Origin: Neoconidiobolus thromboides FSU 785
Lineage: Eukaryota; Fungi; Entomophthoromycota
Reading direction: 5' to 3'
Length of the DNA stretch: 64,000 nucleotides
Assembly: GCA_025603075.1 (NCBI GenBank)
Contig: MU626282.1
Location: 1-64,000, forward strand
The position numbers and the translations under genes were made by a program. This document shows, piece by piece, positions 53,194 through 64,000 of the stretch. The first letter of the stretch is position 1. Each line of letters starts with the position of its first letter. Below the pieces are notes generated by a model. That model had not been told where the DNA came from. It searched no databases and saw nothing but the letters and a program-made list of their open reading frames with translations.

Positions 53194-54084
53194 TGTGAAA
53201 TACCGCTTTTTCAGCTCTATGTGGAATCTGGTACTCAGGGTTTGGAGTCAAGAACAGCTATTGCTGGGTTGACTACACTATAAGTCGAAAGGTCTTATTT
53301 TATGTGACTAAGATAGACTTGGGTTATGAAGAATAGCATGTAATAGGCTACGGACTATGTAAGACAAATAGAATAGACAATACTAACGTAAAACCTACGT
53401 AAAATACTATTAAGAAAATTTAGTGGCTTTATTAAATGTTCGAGATATCAGGGAATAATTCAGTTAAAAGCCTTGAACTATTATACCCTGTAAACTCTTT
53501 TATACTCTGAAAAATATAAATATCAAAATGAGAAGATAATATTCTTTGGGATGGAGCTAGAAATTCTCATAGCAAATCAAACTAAGAACGTGGAACTGAT
53601 TTTCTCCGAACTCGAGAACACAACAGCTTAGGCGATTGTTATGCTATAATTAACCATGGAACTGACAAAGCGATATTTCACATATATGATTGATTATAAC
53701 ATAACAGTCACTTAAGTTGTTGTGTTCTCGAGTTCAGGCACAATCAACCCCAAGATTTTATTTTGATTTGCTATGAAAATTCCTGCCATGTGATTCCGAA
53801 GGACATTATCTTCCCGTTTTGGTATCCATACTTATTGGAGTATAAAAGAGATTTTAGAACATAGCAACCCAAGGCTTTTTGGATTTTTCCCTGATATTGT
53901 ATCTTTATTGAGGCCACTAAGTCTTTCTGATAGTATTTTACATAAATTTTACAGTAATATTGTCTATTCTATCTGCCTTACATAATCTACAGTATATTAC
54001 GTGCTATTCTTCATAATTCAAGTCTATCTTGGCCATATAAACTGAGACCTTTTTGACTCCAACTACTGAGTGCCAGATTTCACA
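53194..54084 (-). mobile_element. Older solo LTR (about 424 bp: 53194-53219 plus 53687-54084), split by an inserted LTR
   Basis: Termini TGTGAAAT ... ATTTCACA; right part is the reverse complement of the inner LTR; the missing end segment is found at 53194-53219 (TGTGAAATACCGCTTTTTCAGCTCTA). Confidence 0.75.
53220..53682 (+). mobile_element. Younger solo LTR (463 bp) in opposite orientation inside the older one
   Basis: TGTGGAAT ... ATTTCACA termini; flanks TCTA / TATA form a near-perfect 4-bp duplication; about 94% identical by eye to the copy at 1-212. Confidence 0.78.
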
Positions 54085-54607
54085 CTTTATAATTAATTAT
54101 AATATAAGAATACTTAATTTGTTTATAAAATTGATTGCAATCTTATAATTAATTTAGCTATAATTTACATGGTATGATTAATTTAACTATGATTTATATG
54201 ATATGATCAATCCAAAGTTTTACTTTGATTTGCTATAATTTTATCACGATCACAAAAAACATCATTCTTTTATTTTAATATCTATATTTGAAAATTATAA
54301 CAAAGAATTATAACTATTATTATATTTTTTATATACAGCTATTTAATTAAAATATACAAAGTTTTTTGAATTATTTCTTAATATTGCTCCATTTAACAAA
54401 GCTACTAAATTTTATATAAGTTTTATAATAACATCTTTTATTTTATTTGTTTTATATAGTTTATAGCTTATTTTATACAATCTCTATTAGTTTAAGTTTA
54501 TTTTAGTTACATAAACTAAGATTTTTTGACTTATAGCCAGCTAATCAAGCAAAAAGTACCTTTAACTCAAATTACTAAAGTACTAACTTTTATAGTTTTT
54601 TCTTATT

Positions 54608-54711
54608 ATATAGGGATGTATTTTTGTGTTTAGAATCTTCTAATAATTTTTCCACTCAAACAGTGCTCAAAAGATAGAAAAAGTGATGAAGCCAAAAAAA
54701 CATCACCATAT
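54608..54711. mobile_element. MITE-like element, copy 16
   Basis: ATATAGGGATGT ... CCACTCAAACAGTGCTCAAAA ... ACATCACCATAT. Confidence 0.9.
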
Positions 54712-54895
54712 TAGTTTTTTATTTGACTTTAAGTTTTTTGAATTCAAATTAATTTTTAGATTAATTTTGAATCCAATTTGAACATCCCCATATATTTACA
54801 TATTAGTCGATTTTAGTAAAGATCCATAATTTAGCCTTTAATTTTATTTAACTTTTAGTATCAAGCAATTAAAAAAATTCAGATCAAAATTCTAA

Positions 54896-55020
54896 AATAG
54901 GGAGATGTACTTTTTTGTTTAAAATTTTTATTAATGATTTTTATCAATAATCTTTTCACTCACTCAGATAATGTTTAAGAAATGGAAAAAGTGATGAAAC
55001 TAAAAATGACATCTCCGTAT
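54896..55020. mobile_element. MITE-like element, copy 17 (longer, internal duplication)
   Basis: GGGAGATGT ... TTAATGATTTTTATCAATAATCTTTTCACTCACTCAG ... ACATCTCCGTAT. Confidence 0.75.
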
Positions 55021-55240
55021 AACTGTCTCACAGAATTTTGTAGTAAGAATATTTTGGAATATAAATTTATTATAGTAATTTATATTTTCATTATTATGTG
55101 TTTGCCCAAAAACGATAACTTACAAAATTCTAATAACTTTTATTAATAATCAAAAAATACCAAATAAATACAAAAATATCAAATTTTATTTAAAGATAAA
55201 ATATATCATAATAATTAAAATAAACTAATTGTGGTGTCTA

Positions 55241-56482
55241 TTAAAACGGCAGGGTTTGAATAATATATAAATAGAACGCAACTAACAAGGTCATAATGGG
55301 AAGACAAAGTATATATGAGTACAAAAGTAGCATAGACATTTCTTCTTCAAATTTGTTAACGGATTGACATACATTCAATAGGTTGATAGCTGTTGGAGTG
55401 GATACTAAAATCATCATAGTCAACACAAATACTGGGTCGTCGCCTAGATAGAACCATGGTTGTGCTAAAATAAGTAAACTTATCACCACCAATGGTCCCA
55501 AGAAAAATCGAGTTACAATAACTAAACCTACAGCTCGGAAATCAACACTTCGAGATTCTTGCAGCAACATGGATATATTACAACCTAAACCTATAAGAAC
55601 AATAGGAATAGCAGCTCCACTACATACTTTTAATGAATTAGCAACTGCTCCGAATATAGGTGATGGACCATATAATAATCCTTTAAGCTGAGGAATAGAT
55701 CCGACTAATAAAGCAGCAAAAATTGCAACTAAGGGTGGATTAAAAAAGTTATAAATACTTGAGAATACTGGTCTAATGAAATTTATGAATCTTTGACAAA
55801 GTGGGGTATTTTCTTGGTTATTCTTAATTAATGGTGTTGATTCATCATCAATTATCTTATAACTGTTTCCGCCTGCTTCAACAATTTCATTTACTTTATC
55901 TTCTGGGTTTTGAATTAAAGTGACGCCATAACTCCATCTTACAATATTAGAAACTGCAGCAAATAAAACAATATACGTAATCCCTCTCCCTTCAATTTCT
56001 TCTAAAGTATCTTTTTCATCCCAAAGGAGATGGTGAGCAATGGAGCTAATAGCTATACTTTGAATCAAAGACATTGGTAAAGAGTTACTATTTGAAGTAA
56101 TGGAGGCCAAAGTGACAAATTTGCGCATAGGTTCAGGTAAACCTAAAATCTTTGAGCCAAGCTTTGATATACTCCAACATACTAAAAATAAGGTGAAATA
56201 AACAATAGGGATTGGCCACATACTTAAATATGTAGTTAAAGTGGCATTTGATGCCATCTTGGTAAATAATAAACATGGGGTAAAAAACTGTACATTAATT
56301 TTTGATAATCCCTATAATTCGGCTATTAATACATTATACTGGTAATTGTTACTACTGAAACTTACTTTATGGATAGTTTTATCAATTAGGCCTTTTCTCA
56401 TTAAGATAAAACCAAATAAGCAGGTACAAGCTACTTGTAAAATAGCTTGTAGGGAAGAAGTAATTAAAGGAAGGATCTCCAT
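55241..56482 (-). CDS. Auxin efflux carrier (AEC/PILS-like, Mem_trans) family transporter; 2 exons
   Basis: Exon 1 MEILPLITSSLQAILQV; FTPCLLFTKM, NSNSLPMSL, RWSYG, FNPPL, AIPIVLIGLG, TPTAINL. Confidence 0.9.
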
Positions 56483-58129
56483 TCTACAACAGAAACAGAA
56501 AATTATTTAAAAAAGTTTATCGATAAAATATAAAATATAAATCATTTTATTTTGCTTATATACTTTTTGCAAAAAGAATAGTTTGTATCAGATAAAATAA
56601 AGATTATTTAATGTTTAGGTGTATCTCTTTATCTTATCTAAGCTTTCTTGGCTCTATTTGGAAATAAATTAAAATAATTAAATGAACTATTGGTTAAATT
56701 AGGTTTTACTTTAAAACCTTATTCTAAAGCTCAATCAGCCAAGTGTTTGTAAGAATTGTATAAACCCGTCTTGATTTGCTAAGCTTCTATATAGTGATGA
56801 TCATTTTTTAACTGTATACTAAATTTAAATTGTTATTAATATGGTAAATATATCATGCGTATAGAATATATACCTCTTTGTAATATATAAAACTGTATAT
56901 TACATTAAACACGGTTATATTTAATAGCCAAACATAGTTCCTCTAATATATATTAATTATTAATAAAGCGGAAAAACATTAATGACAAAATATAAAAGTG
57001 GGTTCTAAGTAGAATTTTGTAATAATTTAATAATGCACATATAAAAAGAATATTCCTATTTATCCTATTTAGAAACTGTGTTAAGAATGGCATCATAAAA
57101 CAAATCATTGACAACCAAATAGCTGATGATAAATTAAATTTTATAGCTTATCTGAAATTGATATTGCACGTGGAGCTAATGCTATAGTATTATTGGATAA
57201 ATTGAATACAAGGTTAAAATTTTGTCTTTACTTCTTTCAAAATTTATCATAAAATTACTAATAAACGTTTTAATAATATACAGTAACTAGAGAGTAAATC
57301 TAGAATGTAAAATAGGTATATAGACATTACTTTATAATATAATAATTAATATATATATCAAACAAGTTACGGATAATAATAAGCATAACTGTAATATTGA
57401 ATAATTTATTAATATAAAATTTATTAGTGTAAAGTAAAAAAGCATCTAATTTAGAGCATATAACCGAGAAGTATGATATGAAATGTGATATATATGACGG
57501 TGGAACTGAGGTCATAAAAGAATTCTTTAACGATAACATAATATTAAATTAAGACTTAAATGGATAGGGTAAATAATATTTGTTAATAAAACGTCAAGTA
57601 ATAAATAAAGAATAAAACATGATTTGTATAACATTTTATTTACCCATGATTCTTTATTTAACTATAAATTTAATTAAACTTTCGGGTTTATTATGACTAT
57701 TCTGATCATTTTAACCATTTATGAGCTTTACATAAGTCTCTGTATAATTGTTCTGTTACAGCTGTTAAATCTTAATCGTACAGTGACTAATTGTTCATTT
57801 TAAAATAAAATTACGAATTGACCTCCAAATTGCCATAATTATTAAATTATTGATTATAAAAATTACCGCTAGTCACTACATAAGTAATTTAATAGATATA
57901 ATATTGAGATCATAATTATTGTTATCTTATTAAATCCTCAAGGTTTTTATTTTTAATATTTCTATAAAATTTTATTTTTTGCTTTTGAGTATAACCTAAA
58001 ATTTCATGTTATAATAAATATGTATACCATTATTTTGTTGATGTGATAAGATTGAAAATATTTTTCTTAACTTCTTTTTATGATATCTTAAATATCTTGG
58101 AATAAACAAAGTTATTAATTTTAATTATA

Positions 58130-58235
58130 ATATGGGAGTGTTTTTTTTGACTTCATTATTTTTTCCATTTTTAAGCGCTATTTAAGCGGAAAAATTGTTA
58201 GTAAAATTCTTAAATACAAAAATACATCCCCATAT
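58130..58235. mobile_element. MITE-like element, copy 18
   Basis: ATATGGGAGTGT ... ACATCCCCATAT. Confidence 0.92.
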
Positions 58236-58331
58236 GATATATTTTTTGTCTAGCAATTTTACTAGTAATTTTTTCACTTAAATAGCACTTAAAAATAAAA
58301 AAGTGATGAAACCAAAGAAATATCCTCATAT
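58232..58331. mobile_element. MITE-like element, copy 19, inverted relative to copy 18 and sharing ATAT 58232-58235
   Basis: ATATGATATATTTT ... CACTTAAATAGCACTTAAAA ... ATATCCTCATAT. Confidence 0.85.
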
Positions 58332-58663
58332 TAATTTGAATTTTATGTTTTCTATAATTAATTTTATATTTTGCTTAAATACTTCAAAACTTTAATTATT
58401 CATTCTAGTAAATATAATTTAAATTTTTTTTAAAAGCAATAGTCAAAAATTAATTTCATCAATATTTAAAACAAATGATAGTTTTAAAATATAAACAATA
58501 AACTCAAATTAAAACAGATAATATATTTGAAGAAATAGTAATATTTAAAAAGCCATTTTTATTAAAGGTGATGTATAAAGGAGCAAATACTAATCATTTA
58601 CTTAAAATCATAGTAAAAATGAAAAATAGCAGCAGAGTGTATTAATCATTAATATCAGCTTAT

Positions 58664-61600
58664 TTAAATGAAATAATCAAGTTCATAACGTTGATAAGTA
58701 TTATTCTCATCATCTTCAACACGAGGGTAGTGTGCAACTAGGGTGTCAGGGGAGTAGATATAAGTATTATTGTAAAACTTCCAATAAATTTCACGAACTT
58801 TACGTGCTGGATGGAAAAGCCCTTGTAATATATATTGAAGGATACGTCCAGATCCAAGTGAAACGCGGAGACCATCAACTGCCTCGCTTACGGCTGAGAT
58901 AACATGTGGAGAAGTTTCAAAAACATTGGGCCAGACAAAGTTAAGAAGATGTAAAAGAGCATCTTCACATCCTAAACCATATACACCAAGTGCAAGATGT
59001 TTAACAGTAGTGCAAGCAGTTTGACGATGAACAAGATCTCTATCCATTAATGCATCTTCAAGGATTGGAGTGACAGCATAAATATAATCTTTAGCCATTT
59101 CACCAATATATTCGAATAAGAAAGATAATGTTTTTAATACACCATTTTGAACATTAAGCTCTGGAACACGGTATTCATTCATAAGAGCAGGGAGTACTGT
59201 GAAAGGAGCACAGGTTTCAGCAACAATGGCAATAGCAACAGTAGTACATACACGATTTTGACGCTCCTGAACTTTAAGATTGTTAAGTAAAATTGCAAGA
59301 ACATCCTGTGGCCCAATAGCTTTAGCAATATACCCAAAAGTATTAACGGCAGCACGACGAATCCCTTTTTTATGAGCCTTAAGCATGTCTAAAAGCTCAA
59401 TACAAATACGCATCCATTCTCTAGCAGAAACAAACTCTGCACCTCTATCAGCGATACGACCGACTAAATCAATACAATTTTCTTGTACTTTTTCATGTCT
59501 ATTTTTAAGAATCGGTGTTAAGCGAGGAAGAAGATCTTTAATTGGAGGAGTCATACTAGCCATACCAATTACATTGATAATACCCTTAAGAGCACCAAGG
59601 ATAGATCCTAACACTTCAGGATATTCTTCTCCTAAATATTCATATAATACTACACCAAGTTGCCCCATAAGCTTTTCTTCTCCACATGTACGCATGACAA
59701 CAGCAATTTTAGCAATTAAATCAGCGGCTTGTTGACGAACTTTGGCTGATTTGTTATTAAGGCGCCAAAGGATAGCAGAATTAATTTGTGGTAAATATGG
59801 TAAAGCTCTACGACCGAAAGCATTGACTACAGAACCAAATCCATTCAAAATTACGGATTCTTCTAAAGTTTGTTCTTGGAAAGCATAAAGGATACCATCA
59901 ACAAGGGTTTCCTCTAATTTTGTATCAATATCGGCAACTCCTAATGAGACAACTATCTTTTCAATAGTTTCCATGACCATTTTACGATAAGGTTCAGATT
60001 CATCCTTCAAATCTAAAGCAATTCTTGATACGATTTCAGATACACCAACTTTGTTTGAAAGCTCGACTGTAGTTTCAACAAGTTGTTTATAATTACGACG
60101 ATCTAAAGCCATACGACGAACCCAGAAATGACGGAAAAAGTCTGGTAAAATGTCTTCTTTAATATATTGTGGAGTAACACCATCTGTAGCAGCACATTGT
60201 TTAACTACTTTGAGGACTATTTTTTTCATTTCTTCATCAGGGGTTTGAAATTCACGAATTAAAATTACCATAACTCCTTTAGTATAGTAACCTGCCCACT
60301 CGGTATCCATTAAAGGAATAAGATAACCAATTGCTTTTAAAAAAGCAGCAAGACCTTTACCACGATGTTTTCTAGTGCCATTCCAAAGAGGTTTGATGAC
60401 AGGACCAAATGATTCAATACCGTATGGTGCAGCAGCTTCTGCAAGAGCTGCAATAGCAAGAGCGGTAATAGTACGTACCTTTTGCTGTTCATCATCTAAA
60501 CCATGCTGAATAGTCTCAACTAATCCTCTTAAATGAGGCAAAATTGCGCATCCCATTAAAATAGAGATTTGTTGAATGATTTTGATACCAGTATGACGAG
60601 CTTGCCATGATTTTTTGGATTTACATACAGCTTTTAAGAAAGGTAATAATACAGGAATACCTAAAGAGGATGCAACAACAGAGAACGCACGAGCAGTAGT
60701 GTTACGTACGTATTCATCAGTGCTATCGATATCTGGGCGCATAGTAGCAATCATAGTTGCTAAACCAGCTGCTTTCGATAAATTACTAATAATCTCACGA
60801 CCTTCGACACGTGCATAATAATCTTCATCAATTAATAAAGGCTCAATTACTACTAAAATTTGATGTACAAATGGACGAACTAAATCATCTAATTTATAAA
60901 GAATTCTGTCGATAACTTTGACCAAAAGATGGCGTTCTTGATCTTCAAGTGCAGTAGACATAAGTAATGGCAAAATCTTTTTTAAAAGTGGACCAGCTCC
61001 AAAATCACGAGCCTTATCGGTAATAGTACGTAATGCAGATTTACGCATTGGTGGAGTACCATTTTTGATCTTTAATAATAACTTTAAAATTTTACGCTCT
61101 TTAAGCTCTTCAACTGGTAGAGATTCTTCATCTGCGTTGTCCAACAAAGTCCCGAAATATTTCATATCTTCAGTTTTAAAGAATGGGAGGCTTCCAACTC
61201 CAGGAATTTCAGTTGGGGCGTCAATGCTGGCGGTCATTGTCATTTGTTGATCTTCCATCATCATAAATCCACTAGTACCAGCCATTGGGGTTGGGGTTGC
61301 TGTTAATTTTCTTGCAGGTGTGTGGATGGGAACATAAGATGCAGGGGGTTCTAAAATCTTATAACCAGTTGACGGGAGTAATTTGTCAAGATAATCATCA
61401 GTCATAGGTAAATTTCTAGCCTCAATTTCCCGTTCCCATCTTAGAGCATTAGATACCTCTGGGGTCATTGAGCCTAATGGTACTCCACCAGCCACGCCAT
61501 ACCCTGGGTTACTTGGAGTAGCGCCTTCTTGAACAATACCAACTGGAGTCTCATCCCATCTTGACTTATTTCTTTTCCCCGGGGTTTCTGAGACTGAACT

Positions 61601-62285
61601 TCCCGATGTTTTGGGAGTTTCATCCCATCTTGAAGAGCTTTCATTCGCAGGAGTTTCGTCCCAGCGGTTTCTTTTACGTAAAGCATCTTTATCAGAAGCT
61701 CTTGGAGTTTCGTCCCATCTACTGGATGAGCGACTTGATACAGAAGATGAATCAGATGCAACTGGAGTGGGCATATCCCATCTACGTCTTTTTGGAGCTG
61801 TATCTTTTTGTGCTTCCTTTTCTTTATCTCTGATCGCCTTCATTACTCTCTCTGCTTCACGATCAAGTTCCACACTTTTCATAACTTCAGAATATACTCT
61901 TGCGTTACTCGAATCTTGATCTTTACTAAAAGCATCTACTCTTTCAGGGGAAAGATCACGTTGAAATCTTCTAGCACGATAATCATCTTCTCTCTCGGCT
62001 ATTACCTTGCTAGTTTTTTTATCAACATTCGCAAATGGATCAACATCATGATCTATTAAATCATCTTCCCCTGGTAAAGGTAAACTGGTTTCATAATTAG
62101 AACGATCCTCAGTTGTATAAATATCTTGATCGAAACTCACCTTCCCCACCATAGAGACTCTATTAAGATTTTCTTGTTGCCTTTTATTGGCTTCTCTTTC
62201 GAGTTCTTTAGCCTTCACTTTGGCCTCAAGATCTATTAAACTTTTTAGTACGTTTTACATTAATAAATATTAATTTACCTTCCAT
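58664..62285 (-). CDS. SF3B1: U2 snRNP splicing factor SF3B1/Hsh155; 7-nt first coding exon (ATG GAA G) plus one intron
   Basis: RWDETP repeats, [25 protein letters not shown] repeats, [10 protein letters not shown]. Confidence 0.98.
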
Positions 62286-63424
62286 TTTCAATAAAAAAAA
62301 TAATTTTTTGAAATGACTTAGGTTAAGATTTATGCTTATTCAGCTATCCAATAGCATTCGAATTTAGTATCGCGTAGTTCAAAAAAAAACCAATGATTAA
62401 AGCCTTTACGGGTAAAAATTAGAAACTTACCCAAATGAACAAAGATGGAAGGGAAGGCGTTTCAATTAAAAGCTTATTTTGGTTTTGTAGATGATAGTGA
62501 CCTTCCTTTCAGCGTTTTGCTCACTTTTATAGCTAAAATTTAAAATCGCTGAAGTAAAAAGGTATTCTAACATTTTAGTTAATTAATGGTACTAAATTAT
62601 AGCTTCAATAGCAATGAAATTAATAGAGCGTAAGAAATCCTCTTTTATTATTAGGTATTATAGCTTATGATTTTTAAAGTTACTTTAAAGAATGTTTTAA
62701 TGGACAGTGGTATTAATTAGGTAATTGAGTTGTGGATGAAACAATATTTTTTGTCACTTTGTCGTGGTAGATAGTGTAGCTTAATGTTTAATCACTTAGA
62801 TTGAAGTGGATACTCGATCTTAAAATATGTTCCCATCAAACGGTCTATATTTTTGAAGCCAAGCTATAGTCGATAATAAGTCCTAATAAGTTCTAATAAA
62901 TGAAACATTTTTGCTTGCGAACCCTGTATTATGTTTTACAATCTTTGATCTATTGAAACTTTATTTTAAGATTGTAATCTGAGCTATTGATTAAATTATA
63001 GTCAAAGTTTAAATACACAATAGTAAAATTTTAATTAAACTTTAATTTGCTAAATCTGAAGATAAAATAAGATGTTTAAAAATCATCACTATATGTGGTT
63101 ACTTAGAAAAATAATAGCAATTTTGATTTTTAAATAATCTGAAATATAACCAAAAAACAAGTAAATCGTTTTGATTTATAGTTAGCTATTTACAAACATT
63201 GAAGATAGTATTTACTATATTCTAAGATAGGCTAAATAGACCAGATATTAAAAAAGCTTATAGTCAAATCAATCACTCTGAATCCTTTAAAACAACCTTT
63301 TTAACCAATGAATTTTATAATATATGTTTCTTAAAGTACAATAATCTGCTAGGAAATGCTGCAGCCCATTTTTACAATAAGGCTTTATTTTAATAATCTT
63401 TATATCATAGTCATAAAATTCAAA

Positions 63425-63530
63425 GTATGAGGATTTTTTTTTGACTTCATCACTTTTTCCATCTTTCAAGTGCGCTATTTGAGTGGAAAAATTGTTAGTA
63501 AAATTCAAATACAAAAATACATTCTCATAT
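63425..63530. mobile_element. MITE-like element, copy 20
   Basis: TATGAGGATTTT ... GCGCTATTTGAGTGGAAA ... ACATTCTCATAT. Confidence 0.9.
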
Positions 63531-63626
63531 GAAGTGTTTTTGATTTTATCAGTTTTTCCATTTTTTAAGTGTTATTTGAGACGAAAAATTGTTAAAATTG
63601 TTAAACAAAAAGACACATCCCTATAT
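63527..63626. mobile_element. MITE-like element, copy 21, direct tandem with copy 20 and sharing ATAT 63527-63530
   Basis: ATATGAAGTGTTTT ... AAGTGTTATTTGAG ... ACATCCCTATAT. Confidence 0.85.
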
Positions 63627-64000
63627 ATACATTTGGAATGATTTCTTTATAAAGCTAAGATTCAATAACGAAGTTTTTACCCTTTAATTTAACGTTTTGA
63701 TTTTCTTTAAATGTATTAACCCCACAGATTTAATATTTAAAGTATGATAATTGAGGTTGCTCTTTATTTAATTTGTCTAGCCAATAATAGCATAACCTTG
63801 TTAAGTGGCAACTTTTTTTAACAGTAGCACAAAACAATGATCAGAAGCACATGTCAATAATCTAAAATAGCTTACAATTTTAAGTTTACCAAATTATGGA
63901 TTATTTGATATACTTGGAATGTACATCATGTTATGTATGGATGATTATGTATATTTAAATTGAAAAATTCACAACCTTTTTTTCTTTATCGATTGTCAAT

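Noticed and set aside
53220-54084. Single foldback / long-TIR DNA transposon
   Set aside because: The apparent loop is the end of the inner unit (ATTTCACA, shared with the copy at 1-212), and its complement lies outside the left arm at 53194-53219; nested LTRs explain this better.
1492-62059. ORFs antisense to or overlapping real genes (e.g. 1492-1695, 5523-5711, 7217-7420, 7568-7828, 44573-44806, 45137-45535, 48517-48777, 59385-59735, 61611-61919)
   Set aside because: Shadow frames of well-supported CDSs with no recognisable motifs.
58664-62285. Unusual SF3B1 hotspot residues
   Set aside because: QQKVRT and [10 protein letters not shown] regions match the canonical sequence; nothing atypical seen.
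62400-62555. snRNA/snoRNA upstream of SF3B1 (GCCTTTAC, GGAAGGGAAGG/CCTTCCTTTC stem, ATGATA..CTGA)
   Set aside because: The U5 loop needs GCCTTTTAC in a long stem, the C box is non-canonical and no Sm site is evident; an Rfam search would settle it.
25371-63514. Short ORFs 25371-25580, 49969-50157, 52612-52845 and 63287-63514 sharing peptides like SGKIISKILK
   Set aside because: The shared peptides come from reading through MITE copies; not genes.

Overview
Very AT-rich eukaryotic genomic DNA with many short (about 45-65 nt) GT-AG introns. Gene content and style point to an early-diverging fungus (Conidiobolus/Entomophthoromycotina-like; this is inference). Two gene-dense housekeeping blocks occupy about 12-23 kb (ORM1, RPT5, RRP45, PRP38, SRX1, ALG8) and about 28-48 kb (aldo-keto reductase, MOD5, P4-ATPase, LEU5, NOSIP, UBX/TUG, MRI1, ULP2-like). 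They alternate with gene-poor zones carrying secreted/orphan genes, gene relics and repeats. SF3B1, an auxin-efflux-carrier-family transporter, a C2H2 transcription factor, a cytochrome b5-acyl-CoA dehydrogenase, a COG2907-type flavoprotein and tRNA-Leu(AAG) are also present. Main observations: (1) a 523-aa intact but extremely diverged tandem ALG8 paralog that keeps all four intron positions and phases yet has lost the conserved ALG6/ALG8 motifs; (2) about 21 copies of a ~105-bp MITE-like element with ATAT flanks, including dimers sharing one ATAT; (3) an ~890-bp imperfect palindrome that resolves into a solo LTR inserted in reverse orientation inside an older solo LTR of the same family; (4) CpG-biased decay of the repeats; (5) decayed local duplicates of two genes plus a cytochrome P450 relic. 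All alignments and counts were done by eye.
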